This document shows, piece by piece, positions 16,592 to 24,683 of a stretch of DNA of 32,000 bases. The stretch spans positions 300,001 to 332,000 of the forward strand of contig JAUYHT010000006.1 of the NCBI GenBank assembly GCA_030688545.1, given 5' to 3'. Position 1 is the first letter of the stretch. The number at the start of each line of letters is the position of its first letter. Both the position numbers and the translations under genes were made by a program. The notes beneath the pieces are model-generated. The model was given only the letters and a program-made list of their open reading frames with translations. It was not told the DNA's origin and did not search any database. Source of the DNA: Candidatus Iainarchaeum sp. (lineage in GTDB: Archaea > Iainarchaeota > Iainarchaeia > Iainarchaeales > VGJJ01).

Positions 16592-17619
16592 GCCGCATCC
16601 TCCTTTTTCTCTTCCGGCGTATGAGTTTCCTCGATGGTCTTGGGTGGAATAGGGGGTTCCGTAGTTTCAGGAGTTGGGGTGCTCACATCAACGTCCGCAA
16701 TAGCAGGGGTCGTTTTCTCTTCAGAGGGGGGTGGTTCACTTATGATGGAAATATTTTGGTTCGTCACGGACTCTTTTTCTCCCGTTTCCTCGGTTGGGGG
16801 TTGAGATGGGGAATTGTCTTTCTTCTTTCGGGGCTTGCGGGCTTTGGTTTCCACCTTGGGGTTTGGTGATGGAAGGGCCTGTGATTCCGCCACTCCTTTT
16901 ATCGGAACGGATTCATTTTCAGGAGTGGGAGAGGTGGTTTCCGGGGTAGGCGTGTCTTCCCCTTGTGGAGGGGTTTCCACAGATGTTCCTTCGGGGGCGG
17001 CGGCAAGGGTTTTCCGCGCGGCAAGGAGCGGACGAATGTCCACTTTGTCAGGAAAATAGGTTCCAGGGGCGATGATGCGAACCGTCAGTCCGATGGCACC
17101 AACCTTGGGATACATGGTGACTTTGGCTTCGTCCACACGGAAGCGTTGTTCGCCCACTTTTTTCATGTAGCCCTTGGCAAATCGTACTTGTCGTTTCCGT
17201 CCTCCTTTCCCAGCCAGCTTTCCGGATAAAACGATTTCCACTCCCTCGGCGCCCGCGCGTTCAATATCCGAGAGGGTGCGGAAAGCAACACTTCTCCAGG
17301 TGAATCCGCGTTCGATGGAGTTCTTCACGCGATCCGCCACACTCTTGGCGTCCAGATCGGGGTTGGCGATTTCCCGTATTTCAAGCTGGGGGTTGTCTAC
17401 TCCATAATTCTTCTGGATGGCATCGGTGAGGGAGCGGATGTTCTGTCCCCCTTTTCCTATTGCTAATCCCGGTCGCGAGACATTTACGATGATGCGAGTT
17501 ACCAAGGGTGTTTTCACCATCTCAAAACCCGTGAACCCGGCGCGGCCGAGCTCGCTCTTGAGGTACTGGTGGAGTTGCACCTTCTTCAGTCCCTGTTTGA
17601 CGAATGTCTTTTCGATCAT
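16588..17619 (-). CDS. rps3: 30S ribosomal protein uS3 with ~130-aa P/T/E/S-rich C-terminal extension
   Basis: KH domain FVKQGLKKVQLHQYLKSELGRAGF...VNVSRPGLAIGKGGQNI. The extension is encoded at about 16591-16986. Confidence 0.94.
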   Translation of the reverse strand: MIEKTFVKQGLKKVQLHQYLKSELGRAGFTGFEMVKTPLVTRIIVNVSRPGLAIGKGGQNIRSLTDAIQKNYGVDNPQLEIREIANPDLDAKSVADRVKNSIERGFTWRSVAFRTLSDIERAGAEGVEIVLSGKLAGKGGRKRQVRFAKGYMKKVGEQRFRVDEAKVTMYPKVGAIGLTVRIIAPGTYFPDKVDIRPLLAARKTLAAAPEGTSVETPPQGEDTPTPETTSPTPENESVPIKGVAESQALPSPNPKVETKARKPRKKKDNSPSQPPTEETGEKESVTNQNISIISEPPPSEEKTTPAIADVDVSTPTPETTEPPIPPKTIEETHTPEEKKEDAA

Positions 17620-18092
17620 GCCTTCACCTCGGCCACCACGATTTCAATATGCGTGCTTTTTTCCTTTCGGTTCTTTCCTGAAATCCGTCCTTGGGATTGG
17701 CTGGACTGCCTCCGGAACCCGATGCACGCCGTAGCATGGATGATTTTCAACTTGTCGCGATCCAATCCCTTCACGTCCGCATTATGCCGGACGCTCCCTA
17801 AGAGTTTCAGCCAGGCCATACTGGCCCTCACCGGATACCGCCCCCCTTTCGTCCCCTCCATGGCATTCCCTTTCCGGTGGGGGACTTTTTTGTGGTAGAT
17901 ATGTAGAGGCAAGGGGGTCTGCTGTTCCGCCACCCGGTCCAAGAGCTGCAGGGCATTCCCGATCATTCTCCCCTTGATGGTTCGGCTGATCTCGAGGCTG
18001 TATTTCATGCTGATGGGAACGTTCGTGGAATAGGCCCGGGCCATGCGGGTGGGGTCGTAGGTTCCAGCATAGTTGTAGGTGCGTTTGGTCAT
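17616..18092 (-). CDS. rpl22: 50S ribosomal protein uL22
   Basis: ARAYSTNVPISMKYSLEISRTIKGRMIGNALQLL. The ATG at 18092 is preceded by GTGAGGAAG and lies just after the rps19 stop. The longer track ORF overlaps rps19. Confidence 0.92.
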   Translation of the reverse strand: MTKRTYNYAGTYDPTRMARAYSTNVPISMKYSLEISRTIKGRMIGNALQLLDRVAEQQTPLPLHIYHKKVPHRKGNAMEGTKGGRYPVRASMAWLKLLGSVRHNADVKGLDRDKLKIIHATACIGFRRQSSQSQGRISGKNRKEKSTHIEIVVAEVKA

Positions 18093-18102
18093 TGTTTCTT
18101 CC

Positions 18103-18501
18103 TCACTTCGATACCGCCGAGCTGGATTTCGTGGAACCCAACCCTGCCTTTCCATGGGTGATTCGTTTGCGTGTCAGGACATATTCCCCGAGGCGATGGC
18201 CCACCATCTCGGGTTGGATCTCGACGATGTCGAATGCATTTCCCTTGTGCACGGCAAACTTCAACCCTACCATCTGGGGGAGGATGACAAATTGTCTTTG
18301 GTGCGTCCGCAATGGTTTGATGGGGGGTTTCCCTTGCAGGGTCAATTCCCGTGCTTTCATTATTTTTTTGACGAACAGTTGGTCCATTCCCCGGGTAATT
18401 GAGCGTCGCGCACGGGATGGCACGATTTTGGCAAATTCGTCGATGGGCATCGCCTGCATCTCTTCAACGGTTTTTCCTCGGTATAGTATCTCTTTGGCCA
18501 T
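18103..18501 (-). CDS. rps19: 30S ribosomal protein uS19
   Basis: MAKEILYRGKTVEEM...LRTHQRQFVILPQMVGLKFAVHKGNAF...GHRLGEY. The internal ATG at 18501 is downstream of the rpl2 stop. Confidence 0.93.
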   Translation of the reverse strand: MAKEILYRGKTVEEMQAMPIDEFAKIVPSRARRSITRGMDQLFVKKIMKARELTLQGKPPIKPLRTHQRQFVILPQMVGLKFAVHKGNAFDIVEIQPEMVGHRLGEYVLTRKRITHGKAGLGSTKSSSAVSK

Positions 18502-18517
18502 AAGTGTGCGTTCACCT

Positions 18518-19243
18518 TCAGTTCTTCTTTCTCCGTCCCGTCCGTCTGGATGCAATGGCCCCCACTTTTCGTCCGGCCGGCGCTCCGCGAGCCGTCGACT
18601 TGGACTTCCCCGGGTGGTGCTGGCTTCCCCCGAAGGGATGGGCATTTGGATTCATGGCGACTCCGCGGACGATGGCGTGTCGCTTTCGCTTGGCCTTACG
18701 CTCATGGTGTTTCTTCCCCGCTTTCATAAATGGTTTTTCGGTTCGGGTGGCGCAGGACACCATGCCAATGGTCGCTCGGGCATCCGGATGCACGTGGATG
18801 GTTTTCCCACTGGGGAGTTTCACGAGCACGTGTTTGGCTTCCTTCGTCACAACGACGGCATACCCCCCCGACCCCCTCACCAGTTTTCCCCCATCGCCAG
18901 GGCGTATCTCCACATTGCAGATAGGGGCCCCTTCCGGAACGAAGCGGAGGGGGAGGATGTTGCCTATTTCCACTCCCGCGTCTTTCCCGTATTCGATTCG
19001 CTGTCCCTGCATCAGCCCTTCAGGGGCAATGATATAAGTTTGAATGCGACCGGGTAATAGTATTTCTCCCAGCACCGCAGTTTTAGTGGGATCGTCCACG
19101 AGATCCATAACTTGTCCCACTACCTTTCCGGTGCGCTGGTCGTCAGTGTAAGGAACATACCGCACCCCCGCAACCCCATGGAAGCTGGCGCGAAAGGTGG
19201 TGCCGCCTTTCCCGCGGCGCTGGTGAATGAGGCGCTTCCCCAT
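18518..19243 (-). CDS. rpl2: 50S ribosomal protein uL2
   Basis: GKRLIHQRRGKGG...VRGVAMNPNAHPFGGSQHHPGKSKSTAR. Confidence 0.96.
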   Translation of the reverse strand: MGKRLIHQRRGKGGTTFRASFHGVAGVRYVPYTDDQRTGKVVGQVMDLVDDPTKTAVLGEILLPGRIQTYIIAPEGLMQGQRIEYGKDAGVEIGNILPLRFVPEGAPICNVEIRPGDGGKLVRGSGGYAVVVTKEAKHVLVKLPSGKTIHVHPDARATIGMVSCATRTEKPFMKAGKKHHERKAKRKRHAIVRGVAMNPNAHPFGGSQHHPGKSKSTARGAPAGRKVGAIASRRTGRRKKN

Positions 19244-19244
19244 A

Positions 19245-19637
19245 TCAGATGACCCCCAGCTTGGCCGCGAGTTCTTCGGCCTTGTTTTTTTTGTCGAGTT
19301 TCACGGTAACTTTTTTCCGACCCTTCATGTCATTAACCACATTCACTTTTTCCACCCGCACCCCATATACTTTTTCAATGAGCTTCTTCACGTCAGTACG
19401 CGTGGCTTTTTGGTGGGCAACAAAGGAAATTTTGTTCTCTTTTTCGATGAGCGTAATGGCTTTTTCCGTCATGAGGGGGTATTTCAAATAACCAAAATCT
19501 TCCAGTTCGAAAGCGAATCCTTTCGCGGGGGTGGGAACCTTGGCCTTGGCCTCGGGTGGCGCCTTCTTGGCTTCCTGGGCGTGGGCCTTCATCTTTTCTT
19601 CCTGTTTGGCGTCCAGGACAGCGGCGCGGTCGACCAT
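19245..19637 (-). CDS. rpl23: 50S ribosomal protein uL23 with ~45-aa A/K/E-rich N-terminal extension
   Basis: The conserved core begins at LKYPLMTEKAITLIEKENKISFV...KVNVV. Confidence 0.9.
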   Translation of the reverse strand: MVDRAAVLDAKQEEKMKAHAQEAKKAPPEAKAKVPTPAKGFAFELEDFGYLKYPLMTEKAITLIEKENKISFVAHQKATRTDVKKLIEKVYGVRVEKVNVVNDMKGRKKVTVKLDKKNKAEELAAKLGVI

Positions 19638-19638
19638 G

Positions 19639-20448
19639 TCAAGCCCCTCCTTGCTTGGTCATCAAACCCGCGAGGGCGCTTTCAGTCCAGATGGTTAGTC
19701 TTCCCGCATGGGTTCCAGGGGCCAAATGCGCGGCGTTGAGCGTGCGCATCGACACCACGTCCACTCCCGCTAGATTGCGGGCGGCGCGGGCGATTTTGGG
19801 TTGGCCTTCCACAACAATGAGGATGGATTTCTTCTGCTTGTAGGGTTTTCCCCGGTTTTTCATCTTGCCTGCGCGGTTTTTCCTCTGTTTCTTGGCATGG
19901 GTGACATCCTCCAGCACATGAAGGGCTTGTAACGCCTCCCTCACATCCTTGGTTTTGGTCAATGCTTCAAATGAATGGTCCACGAGGAGGGGAAAAATGT
20001 TTTCATCAAACCGGTGGCCGCGGCGCTTGACCATATCCCTATTCACCGATGCCGCGATGGCGCTCGCAATGGCTTTCTTTCGTTCCTTGGCGTTGATGTA
20101 TTCTTCCCGCTTGGCCTCCACTTTAGGAGGGTGGGCCATGGGTCCCCCACGGGCTTGTGGTACGGAGGCCACCTTTCCATAGAGGATGCCTCGCCGGTTG
20201 CGCATGCGGGGCAGGCGGGCGCGGCCCACATTGATCGTGCGGTACATCGTGGGTTTTCCCCGCACCCCAATGTATTCCGCGGTATTGTTTCGTCCCGAAC
20301 CCGGTTTCTTTCCCATGGGTTGTAACCGCGAGGATTCCACCGCCAGAACGGCGCGCTTGATGAGGTGCGGCCAGTAGGGGGTGTGAAAAACGGCTGGGAG
20401 TTCCAGGTCCTTAGCCTTCTCTCCCTTGTTGGAATAGAGCGCGGGCAT
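19639..20448 (-). CDS. rpl4: 50S ribosomal protein uL4
   Basis: GRARLPRMRNRRGILYGKVASVPQARGG. The first ATG at 20448 overlaps the rpl3 TGA by 1 nt. The track start at 20451 is GTG. Confidence 0.94.
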   Translation of the reverse strand: MPALYSNKGEKAKDLELPAVFHTPYWPHLIKRAVLAVESSRLQPMGKKPGSGRNNTAEYIGVRGKPTMYRTINVGRARLPRMRNRRGILYGKVASVPQARGGPMAHPPKVEAKREEYINAKERKKAIASAIAASVNRDMVKRRGHRFDENIFPLLVDHSFEALTKTKDVREALQALHVLEDVTHAKKQRKNRAGKMKNRGKPYKQKKSILIVVEGQPKIARAARNLAGVDVVSMRTLNAAHLAPGTHAGRLTIWTESALAGLMTKQGGA

Positions 20449-21485
20449 CACACGGCCCCCGCAGTAGAGGAGGTAATCGTGATGTTCCCTATCCGATAAT
20501 CATTCCGGGGTTGGGGCCGAACACACGTGCGCAGTCCGATCAACCGTTTCACGGGTCCGGGAACGCTTCCCGCGAGGAGCATGTATTCATTCTGGATAAC
20601 CCCATAATGCATGAATCCTGACTTGGGGTTTATTTTTTTGGCATCGTCTGATATTGTGAGGATGCGTTTGTTGAATTCGGTGCGGTTATGATACCCCAAT
20701 TGTCCCGGTCGGGCCACGGTGAACATGACTGTTTTTGGTCGGAGCGGGGAAATGCTTCCCACCGCCCGGATGTATTTGGCTTTTGGTCGGAATGTTTTAA
20801 CCCCAAACCGAGCTACCACCCCTCCGAATCCGAATCCGCGGGTCACCGCTCGGACATCCACGTCCTCATTCGCCTCGAATATTTCGCTGACGGCGATGGT
20901 TTTCCCCATCTTTTCCTTGGCGTAGGCCAGTTGTTCCTCCACCGTTCCGGATAGGGCTACCTCGGCGATCTCGGCCTTCTTCTTTCCGAATCCCACTTTT
21001 TCGGGGTGGGTGTGCACGAGTAGTCGGAGGCAGTGGAGGGCCTCCTTTTGGGTGTCCAATTGTTCAAAAGTGAGTTTTTCTCTAGAAACCGTTTTTTTTT
21101 CTGTGTTCCGTTTGTGCGGATATTTTTTCTTGAATGAGGGGATGCGTTTCTGCGCCCCCTTTTCCAGCTTATCAACCGTTAGTTCGCCGTGCGCATGGAG
21201 GCCATACGCATTCTTGGTGTAGGCACGGACCCCCCACACCTGTAGGGGAGGGCATTCGATCACCGTGGTGGGAATCTGAATGTCCATGTTCTGTCGTCTT
21301 CCTTTGGGATGCTGGCTCTGCGCGAGGACATGGACCATCCCCGCTTTGTAGCCGAAAAAGTTGAGTGGCTTAGTGGGCCCTTCTCCTATTGGAAAGGAGC
21401 GGAAGCTCGGCGTTTGTTTGCGTGCACGGACGCGGGGGCGGTAGGCGATGCTCCCCTTCCTTGGGTTGTGCCGGGCTCGGACCAT
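20448..21485 (-). CDS. rpl3: 50S ribosomal protein uL3
   Basis: MVRARHNPRKGSIAYRPRVRA...FFGYKAGMVHV...GFGGVVARFG. The 42-codon N-terminal extension of the track ORF has no L3-like sequence and is rejected. Confidence 0.94.
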   Translation of the reverse strand: MVRARHNPRKGSIAYRPRVRARKQTPSFRSFPIGEGPTKPLNFFGYKAGMVHVLAQSQHPKGRRQNMDIQIPTTVIECPPLQVWGVRAYTKNAYGLHAHGELTVDKLEKGAQKRIPSFKKKYPHKRNTEKKTVSREKLTFEQLDTQKEALHCLRLLVHTHPEKVGFGKKKAEIAEVALSGTVEEQLAYAKEKMGKTIAVSEIFEANEDVDVRAVTRGFGFGGVVARFGVKTFRPKAKYIRAVGSISPLRPKTVMFTVARPGQLGYHNRTEFNKRILTISDDAKKINPKSGFMHYGVIQNEYMLLAGSVPGPVKRLIGLRTCVRPQPRNDYRIGNITITSSTAGAV

Positions 21486-21610
21486 GGGATATCTCTCTAT
21501 GGATTGGACGCGGAAAATACACCCTAAAAACAGCCTTTGCAGGCGGTATTTACCCCCTTTTGGGAGGGGGCAGTGTACCTTCCCCGATACCCAATTCCCC
21601 TTGGCAATCA

Positions 21611-21618
21611 TTTATATA
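21611..21618. promoter_or_regulatory. TTTATATA box in the divergent rpl3 / orphan-gene intergenic region
   Basis: Exact TTTATATA on the plus strand (TATATAAA on the minus strand). It lies about 85 nt from ATG 21699 and about 130 nt from ATG 21485, so its direction cannot be decided. Two short G/C hairpins flank it: CCCCCT..AGGGGG near 21555, and CCCTCC-TGG-GGAGGG just before ATG 21699. Confidence 0.3.
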
Positions 21619-21698
21619 GGTGATGGCCAAGGACCCATTCCGTATCTCTCCAGGCGTGGGCCAAACAAATAAATAGCGTCCCCCCTCCTGGGGAGGGC

Positions 21699-22244
21699 AT
21701 GCCTACCCGAAATGCGTTCAAACGGTTCGTTCAAAAGATGAGACATAGACGAATCTTGGGTGAAATATTGGATGAAAATAGAGGAAGACGCCCGACCGAT
21801 ATCCCATCCGAAGAGTTGATGCGCATCGGAGGAGCTACATCAAGGAGCCGAAAAAGGCCAGCTGAAGTTGCCGTCGGCCGATCAATGGCTGACTTTAAAC
21901 AATGGATCGAAAAGATCGCAATCTATGAAACAGGAAAGGCAATCGCAATTGAAAAAGGGACGAAAATAGTTAGAAAAGGTGCACAAAAAAAATTGAACAA
22001 ATCCCGCCCACGCGGAAAGCGCTCGCCCTACAAACTGACGGGTTTGGGAAACTCAGATGCCCGCGCAACATTGAAATGGAACCAAGAAATTAGGAAACGA
22101 TTGGCAGACATGTCTATTTTCCGGAGTCCCGAAGCCGGCCGGTTTTTGGCGGAACGAGCGATGGCCGAGCAATGGGAACGCTTGCCGGACGCCCGAAAAA
22201 AAGAAATGCTCGCATGGATGAAAAAGAACGGGCGCGCTAAATAG
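21699..22244 (+). CDS. hypothetical highly basic protein (181 aa), no family recognised
   Basis: ATG preceded by GGGGAGGG. K/R-rich throughout, with no TM segment or signal peptide. Plus strand, and visibly more A/T-rich than the ribosomal genes. A T6 tract follows the stop. Confidence 0.6.
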   Translation: MPTRNAFKRFVQKMRHRRILGEILDENRGRRPTDIPSEELMRIGGATSRSRKRPAEVAVGRSMADFKQWIEKIAIYETGKAIAIEKGTKIVRKGAQKKLNKSRPRGKRSPYKLTGLGNSDARATLKWNQEIRKRLADMSIFRSPEAGRFLAERAMAEQWERLPDARKKEMLAWMKKNGRAK

Positions 22245-22315
22245 CCCGGCTATTTCATTATTTTTTCCCGAGTCCCCCAAAAGGGACAATGGAATGATCC
22301 ACACGAAACCCGCGT

Positions 22316-24517
22316 TTACTTCTTCCGCGGCGCCACCCATACTTCATCGGGCCATTCCTCTTCGGTGACGCGGGGGGCCCAGGCTTGTGCGGGAAAAAAC
22401 CGGGAGCGGATCCAGAACCAGGCTCCCGCAAGGATGAGGAGCACTAATATTCCCAACCAAAAACCCCTGGCGCCGCTCACGAATGCAGTGGCTTGCGCCA
22501 CGGAGTTGGTGCTGGGCTTCAGGATGAGGGTGTGCGGCGCGGATTGGGTGGCGAATCCCACGAATTGGATAGGGATATTCCGCGGTTGCATCAACCAGGC
22601 GTCGGGCGAAATGGTATAGGTCACCCGTTTGGTTTCCATGGGAGCCAATGCAATGGGGGTTTCCCCTTCTATTTTCCAACCAGTGGGAACCGTGATCAGG
22701 ATATTCCCTTCATGAGACTGATTGGTCGTATTTTGGATGAGCACATCCACCGTGTACGCGTTGCGCGTCACGGGTTCCTCCACCACTTCCGGGGTGATGC
22801 GCACCTTTTCCTCGAATACGATGTTATACATGTGCGTCACGATGTACCCCTCGCTCGCCACCTGCAGAATGAGTTGGCTCCCATTCTGCAAAAGGGACAC
22901 CGGAAGAAGGATAATAGGTTCATCAAATCCCCCCACGCGAACGATTTTTTCGAATGTCTGGCCGGTAGGTTTCACGGTTAGTGTGAGAGTGGCATCGTGG
23001 GAATAGAAGCTCGTGTTCATCAGAGGAATGGCGAATGTGGATGCGTTTCCGATGACAATTTCGGATGGGGGGTTATTCAATTGGATGGGAGCTTGCGTGA
23101 CGCTCGAGAAGAACAATGGGCGATCTTCCCCCTCCAAAGCGCATCCTTCGATGAGGGGTTGAAGATGAAGAGTATTCACTTGGGAATTGGTCTCGACGCG
23201 TACCGCGTGAATGACGTGGGAAAGGGGGGGTACAGCGATGACAGATGGGATGATGATTCCGTCTTCCAGGGTTAGCGCGACGCGAGCCGTTTGAGTGAGA
23301 GGGTTTATCAGTTCGATGGGGATGGTTTGCCCTTCCTTCACTAATCCCCCATCGAGAATGATCTTGAAGTCGGCGCATTGTTCCCCTTGTGTCCCATGGA
23401 AAGTGAATGGGATGCGCATGTTGGGAATGGCGCACGCCGTGGTATCGGTGAAATGTCCTTGGATGGTGATGAACGCACTCCCGTCGAATGACACATCATT
23501 CCTGAATCCGGTGGATTGCAGGGAGAATTCCCCAGTCTTAGTTGAGCGAATGGTTTGGGGAGTGGCCAACAGGGAATAGTCAAGTTGGTAATTGACATCC
23601 TGTATCTGGAAGTGGTCCACATGGAAGGTTTGATCGGAGTTGTTCTGCAAGAATAGGGAATGGGTATTGTTTTCTCCTGCGCGCACGTCGAAATGGGCGG
23701 GTAGCACACGCAGTTCGGTGCAGGCGAAGACATTGGTGAATGTGTTTTCCACTGTCACCTCGAATGCCCCGTCGATGTCCCCGAATGAACAGTCCTGGCC
23801 ATTTGAAAAAGCCCCTCGGGTTTCCAGGAATACATGATCCACGACATCCTCGCTTACCCGTTGCGTGCGGATTTCAATGCGCACGGGTTGGCGAGTATGC
23901 CGCGGGATGCTTTTTATAAAATCCGCATCATTGAATCCGGGGTTCAATCGCGTGCTGAACTCGGGAGAATCATCAAAGACATTGAATCCTTGCAGGGTGA
24001 AATCCTCAGAGGAATCGTTGCGCAGGAAAACCGTGTGGATGATTGTGACATCCTCGGCCACCGAAACATCCGTGGTCTCGAATGAAATGGCTTTGCATAC
24101 GTCCGCCGAATCCTGGATAGTGACATCGATGGTGAAAGTGAGGTCAGCCAATGAACAAGAAGGGGTATTGTCGAATGCCCCCCGCAGGGAAACGTTGAAT
24201 GAGGTGGTTTGGTCTCCATTCACATCTTGAGTAGTGTATCGTAGGACCAGGTTCCCACTCCCATTTTCCTGGATCTCGTCGGGAAACGAATCTACCGTGA
24301 TATCAATTCGCGAATCATCCTCTTCCACCCGGACATCATCCAAATCAAAGGAATCATTCCCCTCATTCTCAATCCGAAGGGTCAGCACACGATTAATCCT
24401 GCTTTCGGATAAAACAACCGAATCAGGAGTGACGGTGATGTCATTGCAGGTGGCGGCAAAGGCCGGGGTGGCCAGCAAGAACAAACAAACTCCCAATATG
24501 CCTAGGAAACGGCGCAT
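22316..24517 (-). CDS. large surface protein: signal peptide, four Cys-bracketed beta modules, Cys-free beta modules including a CARDB/NEW3-like one, C-terminal TM anchor
   Basis: Signal peptide MRRFLGILGVCLFLLATPAFA/AT. Cys pairs are at track-ORF residues 31/128, 148/250, 273/369 and 388/466. There is a recurring RGAF(D/S)N..C(S)(L/F)(A/G)D module end. About 11 N-x-S/T sequons. NAYTVDVLIQNTTNQSHEGNILITVPTGWKI resembles NEW3/CARDB. TM segment is GFWLGILVLLILAGAWFWI. The track start at 24538 is GTG. The first ATG at 24517 lies about 27 nt downstream of a TATA-like ATATTTAAAGG. Confidence 0.8.
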   Translation of the reverse strand: MRRFLGILGVCLFLLATPAFAATCNDITVTPDSVVLSESRINRVLTLRIENEGNDSFDLDDVRVEEDDSRIDITVDSFPDEIQENGSGNLVLRYTTQDVNGDQTTSFNVSLRGAFDNTPSCSLADLTFTIDVTIQDSADVCKAISFETTDVSVAEDVTIIHTVFLRNDSSEDFTLQGFNVFDDSPEFSTRLNPGFNDADFIKSIPRHTRQPVRIEIRTQRVSEDVVDHVFLETRGAFSNGQDCSFGDIDGAFEVTVENTFTNVFACTELRVLPAHFDVRAGENNTHSLFLQNNSDQTFHVDHFQIQDVNYQLDYSLLATPQTIRSTKTGEFSLQSTGFRNDVSFDGSAFITIQGHFTDTTACAIPNMRIPFTFHGTQGEQCADFKIILDGGLVKEGQTIPIELINPLTQTARVALTLEDGIIIPSVIAVPPLSHVIHAVRVETNSQVNTLHLQPLIEGCALEGEDRPLFFSSVTQAPIQLNNPPSEIVIGNASTFAIPLMNTSFYSHDATLTLTVKPTGQTFEKIVRVGGFDEPIILLPVSLLQNGSQLILQVASEGYIVTHMYNIVFEEKVRITPEVVEEPVTRNAYTVDVLIQNTTNQSHEGNILITVPTGWKIEGETPIALAPMETKRVTYTISPDAWLMQPRNIPIQFVGFATQSAPHTLILKPSTNSVAQATAFVSGARGFWLGILVLLILAGAWFWIRSRFFPAQAWAPRVTEEEWPDEVWVAPRKK

Positions 24518-24537
24518 ATACCCAATGAGAAGCCCCA

Positions 24538-24548
24538 CCTTTAAATAT
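24538..24548 (-). promoter_or_regulatory. TATA-like box (ATATTTAAAGG on the minus strand) upstream of the surface-protein gene
   Basis: Centred about 27 nt upstream of ATG 24517, which fits a leaderless or near-leaderless transcript. Confidence 0.35.
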
Positions 24549-24575
24549 CATTACTTTAACCCGTGAATCAGTTAC

Positions 24576-24683
24576 TCGAACTTTTTAGGAAAAAGTTCGA
24601 TCAAAAAACGACTATTTTAAAGAAAAAATCAATCCAAAAACGACTATTTCTAAGAAAAAAAGGTCAATCAAAAACGACCAGCT
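24576..24683. repeat. hairpin plus three 32-bp tandem repeats (core AAAAAGTTCGATCAAAAA), locus 2
   Basis: 11-bp inverted repeat TCGAACTTTTT-AGG-AAAAAGTTCGA (24576-24600). Units are at 24588-24619, 24620-24651 and 24652-24683. The last unit overlaps the TAG stop of the Pro-rich gene. The architecture is the same as at 3486-3592. Confidence 0.85.

Noticed and set aside
18092-19057. 321-aa plus-strand ORF (and the nested 177-aa ORF) antisense to rps19 and rpl2
   Set aside because: The reasoning is the same. It is a shadow frame of conserved ribosomal genes, with low-complexity S/R/G/P composition.
21486-21611. 42-codon N-terminal extension of the rpl3 track ORF, and similar extensions of rps8 (to 13097), rps19 (to 18645), rpl22 (to 18155) and rps14 (to 13237)
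   Set aside because: The extensions have no family-like sequence and overlap the preceding gene. The internal ATGs sit immediately after the upstream stop codon.
22053-22340. 95-aa minus-strand ORF overlapping the end of the basic orphan gene and the end of the surface-protein gene
   Set aside because: It overlaps two longer and better-supported ORFs and spans their convergent terminator region.
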